From the NCBI GenBank assembly GCA_035315605.1, contig DATFXS010000836.1, positions 1-29,019 on the forward strand: a stretch of 29,019 bases of DNA, given 5' to 3'. The notes beneath the pieces were generated by a model. It saw nothing but the letters and a program-made list of their open reading frames with translations. It did no database searches and had not been told where the DNA came from. This document shows, piece by piece, positions 24,703 to 29,019 of this stretch. The stretch comes from Polyangia bacterium (GTDB lineage: Bacteria; Myxococcota_A; Polyangia; Fen-1088). Positions within the stretch are counted from its first letter, which is position 1; each line of letters opens with the position of its first letter. The position numbers and the translations under genes were made by a program.

Positions 24703-25676
24703 CTCACCACCGCAGACGCCCAGGCGAGCCCGCCGCCCAGCGCCGTGAACAGCAGGATGTCGCCGTCCTTCAGCTTCTTCTGCTCGATCGCCTCGTCCAG
24801 CGCCGTCGGCACCGACGCCGACGACGTGTTGCCGTAGCGGTCGACGTTGAGGAAGAAACGCTCCATCGGAATCCCCACCCGCTCCGACACGCCTTCCAGG
24901 ATCCGCAGGTTGGCTTGATGGCCGACCACCCAGGTGACGTCGTCGGGCCGGAGCTTGTTCGCATCCAACGCCATCAGCGCGCTGGATGCCATGTTCCGGA
25001 CCGCGTGCTTGTAGACCTCGCGTCCGTTCATGCGCACGTAGAACCGCTTCAGGTTGTCGGCGGTCAGCGGTTCGCGGCTGCCCCCCGCGGGCTGCAACAG
25101 AATCTCCGACTGCGCACCGTCCGCGAAGAGGTGCGTGGACAGCACGCCGCGCGCGCCCGTCGGATCCGCGGTCATCAGCACCGCCCCGGCGCCGTCACCG
25201 AAAAGCACGCAGGTGGCGCGATCCGTCCAGTCGACGATGCGGGACAGCACCTCGACGCCGATCACCAGCACGTGGTTGTACTGGCCGGAGCGGATGAACC
25301 CGTCCGCGATCGACATGCCGTAGAGAAAGCCCGCGCAGGCCGCCGACAGATCGAACGCGCAGCCGGCGTTGCGCGCGCCCAGCTTCTTCTGCACGAAGGT
25401 CGCGGTGGCGGGGAACGGGCAGTCGCCCGTCACCGTCCCGACGATGATGCAGTCGACCTCGGCAGGATCGATGCCGGCCGCCCGACAGGCCTTCGCGGCA
25501 GCCTCGGTCGCGAGATCGCTGGCCGCCAGCCCCGGTTCAAGAATGTGGCGCTCGCGGATCCCGGTCCGCTCGAAGATCCAGCTGTCGGACGTGTCGACCA
25601 TCTTCGACAGGTCGTCATTGGTCAGCTTCTTGGTCGGCACCGCGCGCCCGGTGCCGACGATACGGCTCCGGATCAC
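24696..25676 (-). CDS. fabH: Beta-ketoacyl-ACP synthase III
   Basis: DTSDSWIFERTGIRER, AACAG, FGDGAGA, HQAN, YGNTSSAS; GTG 25676 overlaps the plsX stop. Confidence 0.97.
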   Translation of the reverse strand: MIRSRIVGTGRAVPTKKLTNDDLSKMVDTSDSWIFERTGIRERHILEPGLAASDLATEAAAKACRAAGIDPAEVDCIIVGTVTGDCPFPATATFVQKKLGARNAGCAFDLSAACAGFLYGMSIADGFIRSGQYNHVLVIGVEVLSRIVDWTDRATCVLFGDGAGAVLMTADPTGARGVLSTHLFADGAQSEILLQPAGGSREPLTADNLKRFYVRMNGREVYKHAVRNMASSALMALDANKLRPDDVTWVVGHQANLRILEGVSERVGIPMERFFLNVDRYGNTSSASVPTALDEAIEQKKLKDGDILLFTALGGGLAWASAVVRW

Positions 25677-26746
25677 GAAATGGCTCCCGCGACCGGCGGC
25701 GCCCCGTCCCAGAGGGCATTGTGCCGGGCCACCGCCTCCGTCAGCTCCTTGCGCAGTCCCATCTGGGCGAATCGATCGGCGACGAACACGGCGTTCTTCA
25801 TCGCCACCGCGCTGGATCCGCCGTGGCAGATCAGCGCCACGCCGTCGACGCCGAGCAGCGGCGCGCCGCCATGCTCGGCGTAGTCGGTGCGCTTGCGCAG
25901 GCGCTTGAGCGCCCCCGTCATCAGCGCCGCGCCCAGCTTCGACAGGATGCCCGAGCGCGCCACCTCTTCGCGGACCATGTCCAGGATCACCTCCGCGGCG
26001 CCCTCCACGCTCTTGAGCACGACGTTGCCGGTGAACCCGTCGGTCACCACCACGTCGACCTCGCCGCGGAAGATGTCGCGCCCCTCGACGTAGCCGACGT
26101 ACTTGAAGTCCGCGTCGCCGGCCGGATCGGGACGCGACAGCAGCTGGTGCGCGTCGCGCGTCAGCGGCGTGCCCTTGTGATCCTCCGAGCCGTTCGACAG
26201 GAGGCCCACCTTGGGACGCGACTTGCCGTGCAGCAGGCGCGCATAGACCGACCCGAGCACGGCGAACTGCGCGAGCACGCTCGGCTTGGGATCGACGTTG
26301 GCGCCCATGTCCAGCAGCGCGCACTCGCCCGCCTTGGTCGGAAAGGTCGTGACGATCGCCGGCCGCTCGACGCCCGGCAGCCGCCCCAGCACGAACAGCC
26401 CGCACGCCATCATCGCGCCGGAGTTGCCCGCCGAGACGACTGCGTCGGCCTCGCCCGCCTTCACGAGGTCGAAGCAGACGCGCATCGACGACTGCTTCTT
26501 CTGCTTGACGGCCATCGACGGCGCGTCGTGCATCGTGATGACGTCCGGCGCGTGGCGAATGACGATCGCGTCCTTCTTGAGGACGCTGTCGTCCGCGCCC
26601 AGCGCGGCCAGCTCGGCGCGCAGGCGCGGCTCGTCACCGACCAGCGTCACCTGGACGCCGCGCGTGCGCACCGCAGCCAGCACGCCCTCGAGCTCGACGC
26701 GCGGCGCGGCGTCGGACCCCATGGCGTCGACCGCGATTCTGGGCAT
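25673..26746 (-). CDS. plsX: Phosphate acyltransferase PlsX
   Basis: IAVDAMGSD, VSAGNSGA, ERPAI, LLDMGAN, VTDGFTGN, GGAPLLGV; ATG at 26746. Confidence 0.97.
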   Translation of the reverse strand: MPRIAVDAMGSDAAPRVELEGVLAAVRTRGVQVTLVGDEPRLRAELAALGADDSVLKKDAIVIRHAPDVITMHDAPSMAVKQKKQSSMRVCFDLVKAGEADAVVSAGNSGAMMACGLFVLGRLPGVERPAIVTTFPTKAGECALLDMGANVDPKPSVLAQFAVLGSVYARLLHGKSRPKVGLLSNGSEDHKGTPLTRDAHQLLSRPDPAGDADFKYVGYVEGRDIFRGEVDVVVTDGFTGNVVLKSVEGAAEVILDMVREEVARSGILSKLGAALMTGALKRLRKRTDYAEHGGAPLLGVDGVALICHGGSSAVAMKNAVFVADRFAQMGLRKELTEAVARHNALWDGAPPVAGAIS

Positions 26747-26766
26747 CGGGAGCAACGGCCTGCGCC

Positions 26767-26961
26767 TCAGGCCTGCTCCTCTTCCTTCGGCTCGATCACC
26801 AGCCGGTCCCGGTAATAACCGCAGCCCGCGCACATCCGGTGCGTCAGCTTCGGCTCCCCGCAACGCGGGCAGGGGACAAAGTTCGGCACGGGTTTCTTCA
26901 TCACCTGCGCGCGCCGGATCGCAGAACGTGATTTCGACTGTCTTCGCTTCGGGACGGCCAT
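26767..26961 (-). CDS. rpmF: 50S ribosomal protein L32, zinc-binding type
   Basis: MAVPKRRQS, CPRC..HRMCAGCGYY. Confidence 0.97.
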   Translation of the reverse strand: MAVPKRRQSKSRSAIRRAQVMKKPVPNFVPCPRCGEPKLTHRMCAGCGYYRDRLVIEPKEEEQA

Positions 26962-26989
26962 CGTACGTACCTTTCTATTGTCGAGGGGT

Positions 26990-27526
26990 CTAGAGCTTGA
27001 TCTTGCCCAGCGCCGCCAGCCCGCCGGGCGTCGTCGGGGTCGCCGCCGCGTGCGTGCAGGGGACGAGGTTGCGGTTGCCGCCGCAGAGCGGGCAGAGACC
27101 GCGGCAGGCCTCGTCGCACAGCGGGTTGAACGGGATGGCGAGCACGATCGCGTCGCGCAGCTCGTCGGCGAGATCGATCTCGCCGCCGTTGAACGTGACG
27201 ACGTCGGGATCCGCGTCCTCTTCCTCGTCGACGTCGACCTCTTCGGTGCCGGCGGCGACGAACGTCATCGTCATCGGCACGTCGACGTGAACGAGCGCAG
27301 GCTCGAGGCAGCGCGCGCACGGCGTCTCGAGATCGCCGGTCAGCTCGCCGCGCAGCAGATAGTCCTCACCCGCGGGCATCAGCTGCCCGGTCAGCCGAAG
27401 CCCATCCGGCGCGGGACGAGCGTCGATGTCGGGGCACGCGGAAGCCAGCCACTCCTTCGTGACAGAAACGTTGACCGGCAGCCCGCCGTCCCCTATCTCA
27501 TTGATTTTAAAACGCATTTTGCTCAA
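26990..27526 (-). CDS. yceD: YceD/DUF177 family protein
   Basis: CARCL and LCDEACRGLCPLCG motifs; canonical position upstream of rpmF. Start is TTG 27526 or ATG 27517. Confidence 0.93.
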   Translation of the reverse strand: MSKMRFKINEIGDGGLPVNVSVTKEWLASACPDIDARPAPDGLRLTGQLMPAGEDYLLRGELTGDLETPCARCLEPALVHVDVPMTMTFVAAGTEEVDVDEEEDADPDVVTFNGGEIDLADELRDAIVLAIPFNPLCDEACRGLCPLCGGNRNLVPCTHAAATPTTPGGLAALGKIKL

Positions 27527-27558
27527 AACGGGCGCGTTCGACCGCCGGAAGCGCCGTA

Positions 27559-27586
27559 ACTATATTGGGCGCGTCCGCCGAGTCAA
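27559..27586 (-). promoter_or_regulatory. Sigma70-type promoter TTGACT-16 nt-TATAGT for the yceD-rpmF-fab operon
   Basis: Near-consensus hexamers in an otherwise GC-rich context, 32 nt upstream of TTG 27526. Confidence 0.75.
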
Positions 27587-27623
27587 GCTTGCTGGATCGG
27601 CGCCAGGTCGAGGTTATTACTGG

Positions 27624-29019
27624 CTATTTGCTGGCGGCGCCGGCGGCGGCGCCGCCGCCGAACAGAAGCAACGAGCGCAAATCCTCGTCGTTGAACGTGA
27701 GCTGCAAGCCCGCAAACCAATCGAACAGCGCGCCTGCACCGGCGCGCGCACGTGAGTAGTTTGCCATGTCGTCGGCGCCCGCGACGAGGAAGAGGTTGCG
27801 CTGCCAGATCGCGTACGCGAGCGTCGTCTTGATGCGCGGGTACTGGTTGACCTTGGCGTCGAACACGTCGACCGACAGCAGCAGGCGATCGCGCATCAGG
27901 TAGAGATCGCCCGCGATGCCGCCCGTCGACTCCTTGATGCCGAAGCGGCCGCCGATCGCGACGTTGGGCGAAAGCCCGACCTTCTTGCCGAACTGAAGCG
28001 TGAAGCGAAGCTGTTCGGTCAGCGTCACCTTGGTCTCGGATTCGGTGCCGAGCATCGAGCTGTTGTTCGTGACCGTGACGGTCTTGGTCCGGTAGCCGCG
28101 CGGATCCTCGACCAGCTCGATGAGATAGAACTTGTCCGGGCGGGGCATCAGCTGGATCGACAGGTAGTTCTTGAAGGTGCTCGCGAGGAAGTTGTACTCG
28201 GAGCGCAGGCCGACGATCGTCTGCAGGCGGGTGATGCTCTTGACGAAGCCGCTCGCGTCCTCGGTGATCTCCTCGACGTTGCGCGCGATGGCGTCGTTGT
28301 TGACGAGCTGACCGACCGTCCCGTCGCCCCGGTCGATCTTGTTGGTGATGTCCTCGACGTGCTTCATCGTCTTGTCGAGGTTGTCGATCGACGTCTGCAG
28401 GCGCGCGATCGATCCCTGCGCGCCCTCCCCCGTCCCCTCGATCTGCTTCTTGGTAGTGCCGACCAGGTCCTTGATCGACTCGGTGATCTCGCGGACGTTC
28501 TTGATCGATTCCTTGACGTCGCCAGCCTCGGCGTGCGTGACGCCCTGGACGTCTTTCGCGATGTCGTCGACGCGCTGGAGCAGGCGATCGAGCACGACCG
28601 AGTTCCGTTCGATCAGCTCGTTGACGTTGTTGGCGATCTCGCTGATCGGCCCGGACGTCATCTTGTGCACGTCGTCGAGGATGTCGCGCATGACCGGGAT
28701 CAGCGTCCCGATGCTCGCCATCATGTCGCCGAGGGAGACCGGCTCGACGACGTTCTTGATCTCGTCGCCATCCTTGAGCTTCTGCATCTTCACGCGCTGC
28801 CCGTTGACCTCCTTGTACTCGGTGCCCGGATCGATCTCGATGTAGTACTCGCCCAGCAGCGACGCCGACTTCTTCGTCGCGACAGCGTTCTCGTAGAGCA
28901 CGATCTTGGGCTGCATCCGGATCGTGATCTTCGCGCGCGCCGTGTTCTCGTAGAGGCCGCGCGACTCGATCTGCCCGACCGAAATGCCGGCAGTCTGCAC
29001 ACGCGACTTCTCGAACAGG
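27624..29019 (-). CDS. mlaD: Long MlaD/MCE-family protein, 5' end outside the window
   Basis: Frame is open to the window edge (LFEKSRVQTAGISVG); SLLGEYYIEIDPG MCE motif; long helical region; GDGTVGQLVNN; beta-rich C-terminus. Confidence 0.88.
   Translation of the reverse strand, partial: LFEKSRVQTAGISVGQIESRGLYENTARAKITIRMQPKIVLYENAVATKKSASLLGEYYIEIDPGTEYKEVNGQRVKMQKLKDGDEIKNVVEPVSLGDMMASIGTLIPVMRDILDDVHKMTSGPISEIANNVNELIERNSVVLDRLLQRVDDIAKDVQGVTHAEAGDVKESIKNVREITESIKDLVGTTKKQIEGTGEGAQGSIARLQTSIDNLDKTMKHVEDITNKIDRGDGTVGQLVNNDAIARNVEEITEDASGFVKSITRLQTIVGLRSEYNFLASTFKNYLSIQLMPRPDKFYLIELVEDPRGYRTKTVTVTNNSSMLGTESETKVTLTEQLRFTLQFGKKVGLSPNVAIGGRFGIKESTGGIAGDLYLMRDRLLLSVDVFDAKVNQYPRIKTTLAYAIWQRNLFLVAGADDMANYSRARAGAGALFDWFAGLQLTFNDEDLRSLLLFGGGAAAGAASK

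Overview
Very GC-rich bacterial chromosomal window, roughly 70% GC by eye. The Gly/Ser/Thr-linker lipoprotein, the long MlaD and the gene orders suggest a Myxococcota/Polyangia-like organism (inference). Most of it is housekeeping: phoH (partial) divergent from mazG-hypothetical-OmpA/MotB; two orphan lipoproteins; a purH-purD-purE-tsaC-DUF1015-trmN6 operon; a site-2 protease-scpA-scpB-rluB-like operon; a CAF16-like ABC ATPase divergent from hrpB; pepP; a secreted Pro-rich repeat protein; two small ORFs; the yceD-rpmF-plsX-fabH-fabD-fabG-acpP-fabF cluster; and a 5'-truncated long MlaD. I saw no rRNA, tRNA, CRISPR array, transposase or phage gene. The most unusual observations are: (1) an RluB-like protein with a degenerate active site; (2) a secreted, apparently disordered protein with five exact-period 15-aa TPxWPG repeats; (3) a recurring leaderless-mRNA promoter layout, including two overlapping opposite-strand -10 boxes between the ABC ATPase and hrpB; (4) a stand-alone ABC ATPase resembling eukaryotic CAF16; (5) a perfect DnaA box upstream of the scpAB operon; (6) an MlaD with a likely C-terminal beta-barrel. 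All family calls come from motif recognition, with no database search.
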